Shown here in pieces: positions 17,960 to 27,024 of a DNA stretch of 64,000 nt (positions within the stretch are counted from its first letter, which is position 1; each line of letters begins with the position of its first letter). A program made the translations under genes and the position numbers. The stretch is from assembly GCA_965217585.1 (NCBI GenBank), contig OZ244561.1, positions 5,120,001-5,184,000 on the forward strand, given 5' to 3'. Below the pieces are notes generated by a model. The model was not told where the DNA came from, searched no databases, and saw only the letters and a program-made list of their open reading frames with translations. This DNA is from Candidatus Latescibacterota bacterium (lineage in GTDB: Bacteria; Latescibacterota; UBA2968; UBA8231).

Positions 17960-18753
17960 CGGATGTGGATGCCCGGGCCGGTCGCGCCGATCATCTGCAC
18001 GGTGTTGTAGATGGAGACCGGCGTCGAGGCCCCGGTGACGCCGGTGATTCCCTCGCTGCGTGCGACCTTGAGGTCGAGGCCCGGGCCTTGGGCATGGATT
18101 TCGACGACGGCTTCACTCCACTCTGGGCTTACCAGCAGCAGCGAGTGCGTGCGGTCGAAGCCGATGCCGGCGTACGCGATGGCTGCGTGGGTGTTGACGT
18201 TGCGCGGGAAGAGCGGGCAGATGCCGCGCGTCGGGCCGTCGTAGAGGACCGTTTCTTCTTTGATGTCGTCGGGGTCGAGGCCAGCGGCCGCGCAATCGAC
18301 GTTGTGCGGGGGCTTCTTCATCACCACATCGACCGACTCCCACACGTCGCGGTTTTCCAACAGCGCGTCCATGCCGACCACGCCTCCATGTGGGACGAAG
18401 GCGCGGGTGCCGGCGCGTCGGGTCGTCTCTTCAATGGTGGCTTCGATGGCTGGGTCGGCGAGGGCGGTCACCGAGATGAACATGTAGTTGGTTTTTTCGA
18501 GGATCGTCTGTCCCCACTGGCGGGTGACGTCCGGGTGGGCCATCTCGACGACGAGATCGGGCTGCCGCGACTCGAAGTTGCCTAAATCTGCTAGGCAGAG
18601 GTCGGCGGGGAGGTTTTGGACGGCCGCGGCCATTTGATCGTGGACGAAGACGACTTCCATGCCGTTGTCTGCGTCAGCTTCTATCATCTGGTGGACGACT
18701 TGGCCGATCTGGCCGTAGCCGATTAGGCCGATGCGGGTTGATGTTTGGCGCAT
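17956..18753 (-). CDS. L-aspartate dehydrogenase (NadX)-like oxidoreductase
   Basis: IGLIGYGQIG Rossmann fold, GGVVGMD, KKPP, FPRNVNTHAA. Confidence 0.75.
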   Translation of the reverse strand: MRQTSTRIGLIGYGQIGQVVHQMIEADADNGMEVVFVHDQMAAAVQNLPADLCLADLGNFESRQPDLVVEMAHPDVTRQWGQTILEKTNYMFISVTALADPAIEATIEETTRRAGTRAFVPHGGVVGMDALLENRDVWESVDVVMKKPPHNVDCAAAGLDPDDIKEETVLYDGPTRGICPLFPRNVNTHAAIAYAGIGFDRTHSLLLVSPEWSEAVVEIHAQGPGLDLKVARSEGITGVTGASTPVSIYNTVQMIGATGPGIHIR

Positions 18754-18991
18754 GGTTTGGCTCCTCAAAACGGGGTGAAATCGGGAGTAGCGAATATATG
18801 CACTCGCTAGGAATATGGCGAACAAACGGCGCATCGGATCAAAGCTATTTTGTCCACCCGGACCGGCTGTAGCGGTTGATTGCCATCGACCTCCACGTTG
18901 GTCGCGGAACTAGGTGTCGGGGAGCGCTCAATTCAGAAAACGGATTCAGGCGATGCGCGCAGCCAGCATAGAGGTCGGTCAACAAGAGAGT

Positions 18992-19031
18992 CCTACCCAT
19001 CCGATTCTGCTAACGGAAGCGGATGGGTAGG
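18992..19031. other. Strong intergenic hairpin
   Basis: CCTACCCATCCG/CGGATGGGTAGG perfect 12-bp stem plus inner stem with CTAA loop. Confidence 0.6.
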
Positions 19032-19115
19032 CCGTCAAGCAATGGCGCAAGCAACATCCTCGGGGTCGGCCGCGACTGGCTGCTGAAGGATGAGCGAATT
19101 CCCCCGTCGCATCGT

Positions 19116-20183
19116 TCAGAAGCGCAGCGTTGCAACTGCTGCCAAATTCCCCCTAGGATCAGGCACCAGACCGATGGAGAAACGATGCCCTTTACCGCGG
19201 GATTCGAGGGGATTGCGAGATAGTTCGGCGTTGCGTGACCATTCAGATGCAAGAGTTGCTCCAACGATAGGGGCCACGATCATGGATGGCGAGAGCGTAC
19301 CGTCAACTATGGTCAACAAGACGCCCGTTACCAATCCCCCTAGACTGCCCCCCAGCGTATGTATGAAACGATCGTTTGGTTCCTCCATATTCACGCCAAT
19401 AGGAATTCCCAATATCCAGCCTGTACCCATACCTATAAGAAGACCTAACTCTATACAAACCCCATCACCACCTTCGTAGGAAGAGGAGTTATCGCAGCCA
19501 TCGTCAATGAACGCACCAATCAGGGCCCCCGGAAGCACACCAACGTTCCCTCCAACTACGCCCCAGAGGAGCTTTCTTACTACTCGCCCTGCGGTTCCAC
19601 CCCTGTCATCCGTTTTCACAAAGATCGTATCCGGCGTTGTTTTCACAAAGATCGTATCCGGCGTTGCTTGGAACCCACCCGAGGCCTGGACAGAATCGGC
19701 CTGGGTTTGAATGTGCTCCTTTCGGCTGCTGTCGAGCTGACCGATATTGTCCGTTCTATCTGCCGCTGTCTCAATTCCCTCATCGGCCTGTGTACTGACC
19801 CCGTCCACCGCCCCCCAAGGGGGCGATCCTACTAAGATCAGCGCTTGAATGCGCTCCAAGGCGATCCACTTCGACCACCCATCCGGTTTCAAGCCTACGA
19901 TCAACCGTCGCTGATTGACGGCTTTAATGTAGCCTCTAGCCGTATCCAGCTTGGCCGACTCCCCTGAAGTCGGATGCCGTTCCCTCTGCTCATAGACGAC
20001 CATGACAAAGGTACCTACTTCCACTGTGCTGCTGTCAATCTCGCCAGCTTCCAACACGACCTCGGCCCGTAGCGCCTCGACATCTTCACGGGCCGAATCT
20101 GCGGACGCATGGTTGATCATTGAGAGGAGCGCAATCGCCGTGAGAAGGAATCGAACAGTTGTGTTCATATCTCCATCTTCCAT
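19116..20183 (-). CDS. Exported glycine-zipper membrane protein, tandem paralog 1
   Basis: Signal peptide, beta domain, GxxxG helices, C-terminal LAAVATLRF shared with 3 paralogs. Confidence 0.75.
   Translation of the reverse strand: MEDGDMNTTVRFLLTAIALLSMINHASADSAREDVEALRAEVVLEAGEIDSSTVEVGTFVMVVYEQRERHPTSGESAKLDTARGYIKAVNQRRLIVGLKPDGWSKWIALERIQALILVGSPPWGAVDGVSTQADEGIETAADRTDNIGQLDSSRKEHIQTQADSVQASGGFQATPDTIFVKTTPDTIFVKTDDRGGTAGRVVRKLLWGVVGGNVGVLPGALIGAFIDDGCDNSSSYEGGDGVCIELGLLIGMGTGWILGIPIGVNMEEPNDRFIHTLGGSLGGLVTGVLLTIVDGTLSPSMIVAPIVGATLASEWSRNAELSRNPLESRGKGHRFSIGLVPDPRGNLAAVATLRF
19612..19665. repeat. 27-bp tandem duplication (TPDTIFVKT x2)
   Basis: GTTTTCACAAAGATCGTATCCGGCGTT repeated twice. 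Confidence 0.9.
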
Positions 20184-20245
20184 TCCTCGGACGCTAAAGC
20201 TCTCGATTGACTGAACGTGGATTTAAGCCTCATGCAAGCGGCCCT

Positions 20246-21262
20246 TCAATCCCGCCAATCGACGACCACCCCGACGATATCCCCATCTCGCTCCCGCTTA
20301 ATGCGTTCGAACATTGCCGGCATCTCGGCGCACCCTATCCGATGGGTAATGCAGTGTTCCCACTTGAGCGCTCCCATCGCCATGTTCTTGATCACAGCGC
20401 GGCGGCAGGGCTGCCAGCCGTCGTCGCAGGGGAAAAACATCTGTAGCCGCTTGCCGTGCGGCGTAGGAAAGTCTAGGGCGATCGGCTCGTCCCCGTAGTG
20501 GCCCTGCCAGACAAAAGACCCAAACCGCCGACAGAGGGCAATCGCCGGATCAATGCACTGCGGATGCCCGGTGCACTCGAATACCACATCGGCACCTTCG
20601 GGCTCGATCTCCCGTACTACAGCGGCCACGTCCTGCTTTTTGCCATTGATTGCATGATCCGCTCCCAGTGCATTGGCGACCGCCAGCGGTTTTTCATCAA
20701 TGTCCACCGCCACCACCACGCACCCTCGCTGTGCACAAGCCGCCACCACCCCTAAGCCAATCATCCCCACCCCGTGTACCACTACCGTATCCCCCATCCG
20801 CGGATTGGCCATATCGACGCCATAGAGCCCCACTGCCGGCATCACAAACAAACTCGCCACATCCATTCCCGCCCCGGGCACCATCTTGGCCACGCCATGC
20901 GTGGTATTGGGCCGCGTCACGACGCGACTGCAATGCCCTCCGGAAACGCACCCGACCTCCGTCCCGTCGGCTAATCTCATCGCGTCATTGCCGCGAAAGT
21001 ACACTTCGTCGCCGACCGCAAAATTGTCGATATCGGCCCCGACGGCTTCTATGGTGCCCGTGCCCTGATAGCCGGTGCACAACGGAAAGGGGTTGCGGTT
21101 CATCTTGCTGATCTTGCCGCTGATCAGTCCGAACTCGGTGCCGATACTGACCCCGGTAAAATGGGTGCGGATCGCGACTTGATCGGGGGCGGGATCATTC
21201 AGTACGACCGCAGTCAGCGCGAAATTTTGCTGTTCGTCGCAGATGAGCGCTTTGGCATCCAT
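20246..21262 (-). CDS. Zinc-binding (MDR family) alcohol/threonine dehydrogenase-like protein
   Basis: GVSIGTE, GYQGTG, VHGVGMIGLG NAD-binding motif, DVVFECTG. Confidence 0.85.
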   Translation of the reverse strand: MDAKALICDEQQNFALTAVVLNDPAPDQVAIRTHFTGVSIGTEFGLISGKISKMNRNPFPLCTGYQGTGTIEAVGADIDNFAVGDEVYFRGNDAMRLADGTEVGCVSGGHCSRVVTRPNTTHGVAKMVPGAGMDVASLFVMPAVGLYGVDMANPRMGDTVVVHGVGMIGLGVVAACAQRGCVVVAVDIDEKPLAVANALGADHAINGKKQDVAAVVREIEPEGADVVFECTGHPQCIDPAIALCRRFGSFVWQGHYGDEPIALDFPTPHGKRLQMFFPCDDGWQPCRRAVIKNMAMGALKWEHCITHRIGCAEMPAMFERIKRERDGDIVGVVVDWRD

Positions 21263-21321
21263 GAGAAATCCTTTCGGGTGTTTGTAGATTGGACTTTGGC
21301 CATTTTGAGAGCATAAAATAG

Positions 21322-21356
21322 ATCGCCGTGAGAAGGAATCGCAATACGGTGCTCAT
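21322..21356 (-). pseudogene. 5' stub of a fifth paralog (MSTVLRFLLTAI), truncated by dehydrogenase insertion
   Basis: Matches paralog signal-peptide coding start and is preceded by the conserved spacer 21360-21470. Confidence 0.75.
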
Positions 21357-21469
21357 ATCTATCATTTTTCATCATTAGGACAGTAAAGCGCTCGATCGAC
21401 TGAACGTGGATTTAGGCGTCGTCTGGTCGCCTTAACGTACCGGATCGGGCGTTTTTCTCGGCGCATCGT

Positions 21470-22096
21470 TCAGAACCGTAGTGTAGCAACTGCTGACAAG
21501 CTCCTCTTGGGTCCTGGCATTAGACCGACAGAGAAACGGGAGACTTCAGGGGAATTGTGCGACATGAACACAGAAGGCAGGTCAAACCGAGACAACTCAG
21601 ACATTATAGTCGCAAAGATGGAAGGACAGACAAAGAGAGGCGAGATCCAGATATTGTCGTATTTTTCTGCGAGACCAAAGCCTACTCCAATTCCTAGCAT
21701 ACTGCCTAGTAGTGAAATGGCGAACTGAGGGCGTGGATCAACTAGGCTCACACCAAGCGCGGTTCCGACTGGATAGAAAGTCGACATGCCAATAATGTAG
21801 ACAACAGCTCCACATATACCGTCATCTCTGTCACAGCCGCTAGCTAGCATTTGCGTTAACCCAAAAAAGGAAAGGTTACCTCCGACGGCACCTGCAACCA
21901 ACTTGCTGGCAATCCGTATGCTAGTTCTCATGTCATCTGTTTTTACAGAAAGCGTATCCGGCGTCTCGCCGCCTTCCAACACGACCTCGGCCTGTGGGGC
22001 GTCTGCTTGAGCATTCGCCGCATAGTTGACCATTGCGAGGAGCGCAATCGTCGTGAGAAGGAATCGCAATACGGTGTTCATGCCTTCATCTCCCAT
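21470..22096 (-). CDS. Exported glycine-zipper membrane protein, tandem paralog 2 (lacks N-terminal beta domain)
   Basis: MGDEGMNTVLRFLL... to ...LSAVATLRF. Confidence 0.75.
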   Translation of the reverse strand: MGDEGMNTVLRFLLTTIALLAMVNYAANAQADAPQAEVVLEGGETPDTLSVKTDDMRTSIRIASKLVAGAVGGNLSFFGLTQMLASGCDRDDGICGAVVYIIGMSTFYPVGTALGVSLVDPRPQFAISLLGSMLGIGVGFGLAEKYDNIWISPLFVCPSIFATIMSELSRFDLPSVFMSHNSPEVSRFSVGLMPGPKRSLSAVATLRF

Positions 22097-22192
22097 TCCT
22101 TAGATGATAAAGCGCTCGATTGACTGAACGTGGATGTAGGCGTCATGCCGCCGTCTCCGCTACTGGAGTGGGCGTTTTTCTCGGCGCATCGC

Positions 22193-23296
22193 TCAGAAGC
22201 GCAGCGTGGCGACGGCGGACAATCCCCTCTTGGGGTTCGGTACCAAACCGACGGAGAATCGGCGGGCTTTAGGGGGACTGCGCGACAACTCGGACATCCA
22301 TGTCGCTAAAATGGCAGGACCGACGAAGATAGATGGCCATAAATCCTCGGCGTCCGCTAAGATCACCCCTCCTCCGAGTCCTAGCAGGCTGCCTACCAGT
22401 GCCATGATGAATCGGTCGTGTGGATCAAGCAGACTCACGCCAACCGCTGTTCCGACCGAATAGCCGACTGACCCTCCGAAGAGAACTCCATATGCGGCGG
22501 CCAATCCACATGATTGGTCGCCAGAGCAATTTCGTCCTCCTAAAAAGTTGTGACCTAAGACGACACCTAAGAGGCTACCCAATAAGCCTCCTCCTAAGCC
22601 CCCTAAAGCACTGACGGCCAACTTTCTGGCAATCCGTCTGCCGGCCCCCATGTCGTCCCTTATATACAGTATCCCATAAAGTGTATCCGGTGTCTCTGTA
22701 AGCCCGTTATCGGCGCGACCAGAAGGAAGGCCGCCCATAATCAACTTTCCGATAATCCGTCTGGTCGTACTCGTACTGTCCTGATTCGCCGATCTCAGGG
22801 GAGGCGCTGCAACGGTTGCTGAATCGACGGCCACGTTGGTCTGCGTACTGTTCCGGTCCGCTGAGGTTAGGAAAGGCGCTGCAACGGTTGCCGCCTCAAC
22901 CGCCGCAGTGGCCAGTGCACTGGCTCTAGCTATCGCATCCGGAGAAGGCGAACCTACCAAGACCAGTGCTTGAATGCGGTTCAAGGCGATCCACTTCGAC
23001 CACCCATCCGGTTCCAAGCCTACGATCAACCGTCGCTGATTGACGGCTTTAATGTAGCCTCTCGCCGTATCCAGTCGTGCCTGAGTCCCCGAGATCGGCT
23101 GCCGCTTTTCTCGCCCATAGACGACCACGACGAAATCACCCACTTCCACCGTGCTGCTGTAGATCTCACTGGCTTCCAACACGACCCCGGCCTGTGGGGC
23201 GTCTGCTTGAGCATTCGCCGCATAGTTGACCATTGCGAGGAGCGCAATCCTCGTGAGAAGGAATCGAAATATGGGGTTCATGCCTTCATCTCCCAT
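22193..23296 (-). CDS. Exported glycine-zipper membrane protein, tandem paralog 3
   Basis: MGDEGMNPIFRFLL... to ...LSAVATLRF; internal ATVAAP repeats. Confidence 0.75.
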   Translation of the reverse strand: MGDEGMNPIFRFLLTRIALLAMVNYAANAQADAPQAGVVLEASEIYSSTVEVGDFVVVVYGREKRQPISGTQARLDTARGYIKAVNQRRLIVGLEPDGWSKWIALNRIQALVLVGSPSPDAIARASALATAAVEAATVAAPFLTSADRNSTQTNVAVDSATVAAPPLRSANQDSTSTTRRIIGKLIMGGLPSGRADNGLTETPDTLYGILYIRDDMGAGRRIARKLAVSALGGLGGGLLGSLLGVVLGHNFLGGRNCSGDQSCGLAAAYGVLFGGSVGYSVGTAVGVSLLDPHDRFIMALVGSLLGLGGGVILADAEDLWPSIFVGPAILATWMSELSRSPPKARRFSVGLVPNPKRGLSAVATLRF

Positions 23297-23390
23297 TCCC
23301 TGGACGGTAAAGCTCCCGATTGACTGCACGTGGATATAGGGGTTATCCCACCGCCTTATGTACTGGAGTGGGCGTTTTTTAATGCATCGT

Positions 23391-24233
23391 TCAGAAGCGC
23401 AGCGTGGCGACGGCGGACAGGTCCCCATTGGAATTCGGCACCAGATCGACGGAGAATCGGCGAGCTTCAGGGGGCTTGCGCGACAACTCGGACATCAATG
23501 TCGATAGGATAACAGGACCGACGAAGATGGATGGCCAGAGTTCGCGGTCACTGTTTGCCGTCAACCAGATGCCCGCTCCGAATCCCAACAGGCTGCCTAG
23601 TAGGGAAGGGAAGAATTGATCGTGTGGATCGATTCTGCTCACTCCATAGGCGGTTCCGGCTGCATAGCCAATTGCCGCGCCCACAATGGCATCTTCGTTA
23701 AATCCACAATCTCCTTCACAGCTTTCGAACCCCGCACCGATGCCTCCCCCCAAATACGCGGAAAAGCTGCCTAACGCGGCACCGGAAAATAACTTGATAG
23801 CAATCCGCTTGATGCTTCCCATGTCGTCCGTTATCACCGAGAACCTATCCGGCGTCTCTGGGAGCCGGCGCATGGCACGGCCATAGGCTGCCTTGTGTGA
23901 CAGGGTCAGTGTTTGGATCCGATCCAAGGCGATCCGCTGTGGCCAGCCCTTTAGGGACAGGAGCAATCCCTGCCGGTCCACGGCTTTAATGTAGCCTCTT
24001 GTCGTATCCAGCTTAGCCCAAGCCCCCGAGAGCGACTGCGGTGGTTCTTCCCGTTCATAGACGACCACGACAAAGGCTCCCACTTCCACCGTGCTGCTGT
24101 CGATCTCGTCGGCTTCCAACACGACCTCGGCGTCGTCGCGGCCCGTATTTGCGTGCGCGTGGTTGACCATTGCAAGGAGCAAAATCGCCGCGAGGATGAA
24201 TCGAACGGCTGTGTCCATATCTCCATCTCCCAT
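23391..24233 (-). CDS. Exported glycine-zipper membrane protein, tandem paralog 4
   Basis: MGDGDMDTAVRFIL... to ...LSAVATLRF. Confidence 0.75.
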   Translation of the reverse strand: MGDGDMDTAVRFILAAILLLAMVNHAHANTGRDDAEVVLEADEIDSSTVEVGAFVVVVYEREEPPQSLSGAWAKLDTTRGYIKAVDRQGLLLSLKGWPQRIALDRIQTLTLSHKAAYGRAMRRLPETPDRFSVITDDMGSIKRIAIKLFSGAALGSFSAYLGGGIGAGFESCEGDCGFNEDAIVGAAIGYAAGTAYGVSRIDPHDQFFPSLLGSLLGFGAGIWLTANSDRELWPSIFVGPVILSTLMSELSRKPPEARRFSVDLVPNSNGDLSAVATLRF

Positions 24234-24372
24234 GCCTTGTCTTCTTTTAACCCCTCAACCCACCTTTGCTGCCACCTGTCAACCTTGGAAATCCCGTCCA
24301 CAGGTCAGGTCTTCTGCAAATGCGGATAGCGTTTTGGGGTTGTAGCCGCCCGTCGAGGCGGATGAAGAGAAT

Positions 24373-25179
24373 TTATTTGCGCTCGGAGATTTTGCAGACC
24401 CAGATGCTGATTTCGTAGAGCAGGAGCAGGGGCAGGGCCATCAGGATCTGGGAGACTGGGTCGGGCGGTGTGAAGATCGCGCCGAGGACGAAGATGCCGA
24501 TGATGGCATAGCGGCGAATGTGGCGCATCCGCGCGGCGGTCAGCACGCCGACCTTGGCCAAAAAGAGCGACAGCACCGGCATCTCAAAGACAATGCCAAA
24601 GCCGGCTATGAGCCGCAGCACAAAGCCGATGTACTCGTCGGCCGCCCATTGCGAGGTCATGTCGGGCGGCTCTAGCGAGAGAAAAAAGCGCAGCCCGAGC
24701 GGGAGGACGATGTAATAGGCGATCATCGCGCCGACCGAAAAGCAGAAGACGCTCAGCGAGATAATGGGCACCATGAGCCGTTTCTCGCGCTGCAAAAGCC
24801 CTGGGGCGACAAATCGCCAGGCTTGGTAGAAGAGGGCGGGCAGCGCCAGCAGCAGTCCGCCAACAAAGGCGATTTGCAGACTGATAAAGAAGTAAGTCAT
24901 GGGTCGGAGGGCTTGCAGACGACGCGCCGGAGGCAGGTCGGCGATTGGCGCGTCTGGCTCCGGCGCAGCATCGGACAGGCCCAACCACTGGCGCACCAAC
25001 TGCACCGCGCCCGAGGATTGCTGGTTCTCCAAGCTGAAGACGGCTTCTTCGTAAGGCCGGGTCAAGATCTGCACGATTGAGTCGGAGAGGGCGAAGCAGA
25101 TCGCCGCACCCACGACGAGCGCACCTAGAGCCTTGAGAATGCGCCAGCGGAGTTCTTCGAGGTGGTCGAGAAAGGGCAT
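24373..25179 (-). CDS. tatC: Twin-arginine translocase subunit TatC moiety (C-terminal part of fusion; possible internal start)
   Basis: MPFLDHLEELRWR, YQAWRFVAPGL..RE, FEMP, TPPDPVSQ, LLYE. Confidence 0.88.
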   Translation of the reverse strand: MPFLDHLEELRWRILKALGALVVGAAICFALSDSIVQILTRPYEEAVFSLENQQSSGAVQLVRQWLGLSDAAPEPDAPIADLPPARRLQALRPMTYFFISLQIAFVGGLLLALPALFYQAWRFVAPGLLQREKRLMVPIISLSVFCFSVGAMIAYYIVLPLGLRFFLSLEPPDMTSQWAADEYIGFVLRLIAGFGIVFEMPVLSLFLAKVGVLTAARMRHIRRYAIIGIFVLGAIFTPPDPVSQILMALPLLLLYEISIWVCKISERK

Positions 25180-26850
25180 GTTGTTTTCCCGGGGCGGGTC
25201 TGGGTCATGGTTAGCTTCTGGATCGAGGTCAGCGTCTGGTTCGTGTTGAACTTCTGAGTCGAGGTCAGCGTCTGATTCGTGTTGAACTTCTGGGTCGAGG
25301 TCAGCTTCTGCTGGCTCGCGGGTGGCTCGCGGCTTGCGGAAACGGGCGACGAGGGCGACTAGGGAGATCATCAGGCAGCCCCAGGCGAAGAGGTCGCCGT
25401 GCCGGGTGTAGAAGGTCGCGGGCTGGCCGACCGGCACGGAGGCAACCGCGACTGCGGGCGTGAAGAGGTCGGTCGCCTCGTAGGTGCGGCCAAACGGGTC
25501 GATGAACAGGGAGATGCCGGTGGTGGCGGCGCGGGCGATGGCCGTGCGGTTTTCAACGGCGCGCATGGCGTTGATGAGGGCGTGTTGGTAGGGTCCCGCA
25601 CTGCGGCCAAACCACGAGTCATTGGTAATGTTGACCAGCACGCGAGCCCCAGCCGCTACGTGCTGGCGCACCAGATCGGGAAAGATGGACTCAAAGCAGA
25701 TGAGCACGGCAAAGGGATGTCGGGGATGGGGAAAAACCGCGTGCTCTGTGCCGCGCGAAAATTCCGCCGGGCCGAGGTCGCCGGTCAGGCGGGACCAGTC
25801 GATGTCGCGCAGCAGGGGGATGGCGTCTCGGTAGGGAGTCCGCTCGCCAAAGGGCACTAAGTGCATCTTGGCGTACGAAGGTAGGGCTGTGGCCCCGGGC
25901 TGTACGAAGAAGGCCGCGTTATAGTTCGCGTGCGGCGCGCCGGTCAGCAAGGGGATGTCCAGCTCCTCGACGAGCGCTTGGACGCGGCCTCGGCAACCGG
26001 CCCGGCGGACGGGATCGCACGGCAGGGCGGTTTCGGGCCAGACCAGCAGCTCGGGATCGCGCTTGGCCGCTTGGCGCGAGAGGGTGGCGAGGGCTGCGAA
26101 ACTGCGCTCCAGCCCGTTGGGACCCCACTTGTCGGCGTACGTGGTGTTCGGTTGGATCAGGCCGATGCGCAGGCCCTCGGCCGGAACGGGCGCAGCCAGC
26201 GCGCTCTGCGCGTGGAGCCAAGGCAAGAGGTAGCCCAAGGCAACGCCCGCGAGAAAGACGCGCCGCTCGACGAGCGCCAAGTAGAACAGCGCGTTGAGGC
26301 CGACGACCCAGCAGGAGACGCCAAAGACGCCGGTCCAGGTGGCGTACTGGATGAAGTGGGGCAGGGCTGCTTGGCTGTGCCCCAGCAAGAGCCAGGGAAA
26401 CCCCAACTCCCCGAGGGAGAGCAGATATTCCTGCCCGGTCCACAACAAAGGCAGCAGTGCGAGGGCCTTTGTGCCCCACCGCGCGGCGAGCACGTTGAAC
26501 AGCCCGGTGCAGAGACCGGTAAAAAGGCCCAAATAAGCGGCCATCAGCCCGGTGCCCCCGACGACGGCGAGCCCCCCGCCTTGGGTATAGGCCACCCAGT
26601 ACAAGGACAGCAGGTTCCAGACCAAGCCGCTGATCCAACCCGCGGCAAAGCTGGCTTTGAAGCCGCCGCGATCCTTCAGCGCGAGCAGCAAAGGCACCAG
26701 TGCACAATGGGCCCAGAGCGGATGATAGAGAAAGGCGAGGGGGTGATCAGGATGGCTGGGAAAGGCCAGCGAGAGTAAGGCCCCGCTCAGTGTGGCGAGC
26801 AGCAGGCGGTAAAGCGGGGTTGGAACCAGGACAGAGCGCGGGTTAGACAT
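24373..26850 (-). CDS. lnt: Apolipoprotein N-acyltransferase fused in frame to TatC
   Basis: GFPW, WPETA, YAKMHLVPFGE, ICFESIF, NITNDSWFG, then without stop MPFLDHLEELRWR. Confidence 0.85.
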   Translation of the reverse strand: MSNPRSVLVPTPLYRLLLATLSGALLSLAFPSHPDHPLAFLYHPLWAHCALVPLLLALKDRGGFKASFAAGWISGLVWNLLSLYWVAYTQGGGLAVVGGTGLMAAYLGLFTGLCTGLFNVLAARWGTKALALLPLLWTGQEYLLSLGELGFPWLLLGHSQAALPHFIQYATWTGVFGVSCWVVGLNALFYLALVERRVFLAGVALGYLLPWLHAQSALAAPVPAEGLRIGLIQPNTTYADKWGPNGLERSFAALATLSRQAAKRDPELLVWPETALPCDPVRRAGCRGRVQALVEELDIPLLTGAPHANYNAAFFVQPGATALPSYAKMHLVPFGERTPYRDAIPLLRDIDWSRLTGDLGPAEFSRGTEHAVFPHPRHPFAVLICFESIFPDLVRQHVAAGARVLVNITNDSWFGRSAGPYQHALINAMRAVENRTAIARAATTGISLFIDPFGRTYEATDLFTPAVAVASVPVGQPATFYTRHGDLFAWGCLMISLVALVARFRKPRATREPAEADLDPEVQHESDADLDSEVQHEPDADLDPEANHDPDPPRENNMPFLDHLEELRWRILKALGALVVGAAICFALSDSIVQILTRPYEEAVFSLENQQSSGAVQLVRQWLGLSDAAPEPDAPIADLPPARRLQALRPMTYFFISLQIAFVGGLLLALPALFYQAWRFVAPGLLQREKRLMVPIISLSVFCFSVGAMIAYYIVLPLGLRFFLSLEPPDMTSQWAADEYIGFVLRLIAGFGIVFEMPVLSLFLAKVGVLTAARMRHIRRYAIIGIFVLGAIFTPPDPVSQILMALPLLLLYEISIWVCKISERK
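25215..25305. repeat. 36-bp tandem repeat (~2.5 copies) encoding acidic linker DLDxEVQHExDA
   Basis: TCGAGGTCAGCGTCTGRTTCGTGTTGAACTTCTGRG units. Confidence 0.85.
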
Positions 26851-27024
26851 CGGCAGTGGGGGGGTAATGCTCAAAAATATAGGAGGGGGGCTAGGGCGGA
26901 GCAAGGCGCTGGCACAGATTCTGCTTATTACGTCGGTTGCGTCTAGTGCCCGGTGGCTCGTGGGGGCTGGACGCTACAGTCGCGTGGTTTTTTTGCTACA
27001 GCTTTGCCCAAGGAGGAACGCGCC

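Noticed and set aside
19100-24240. Integron cassette array or DGR target array
   Set aside because: No integrase or reverse transcriptase in the window, canonical attC boxes not matched, cargo are paralogs, and variation is not adenine-specific
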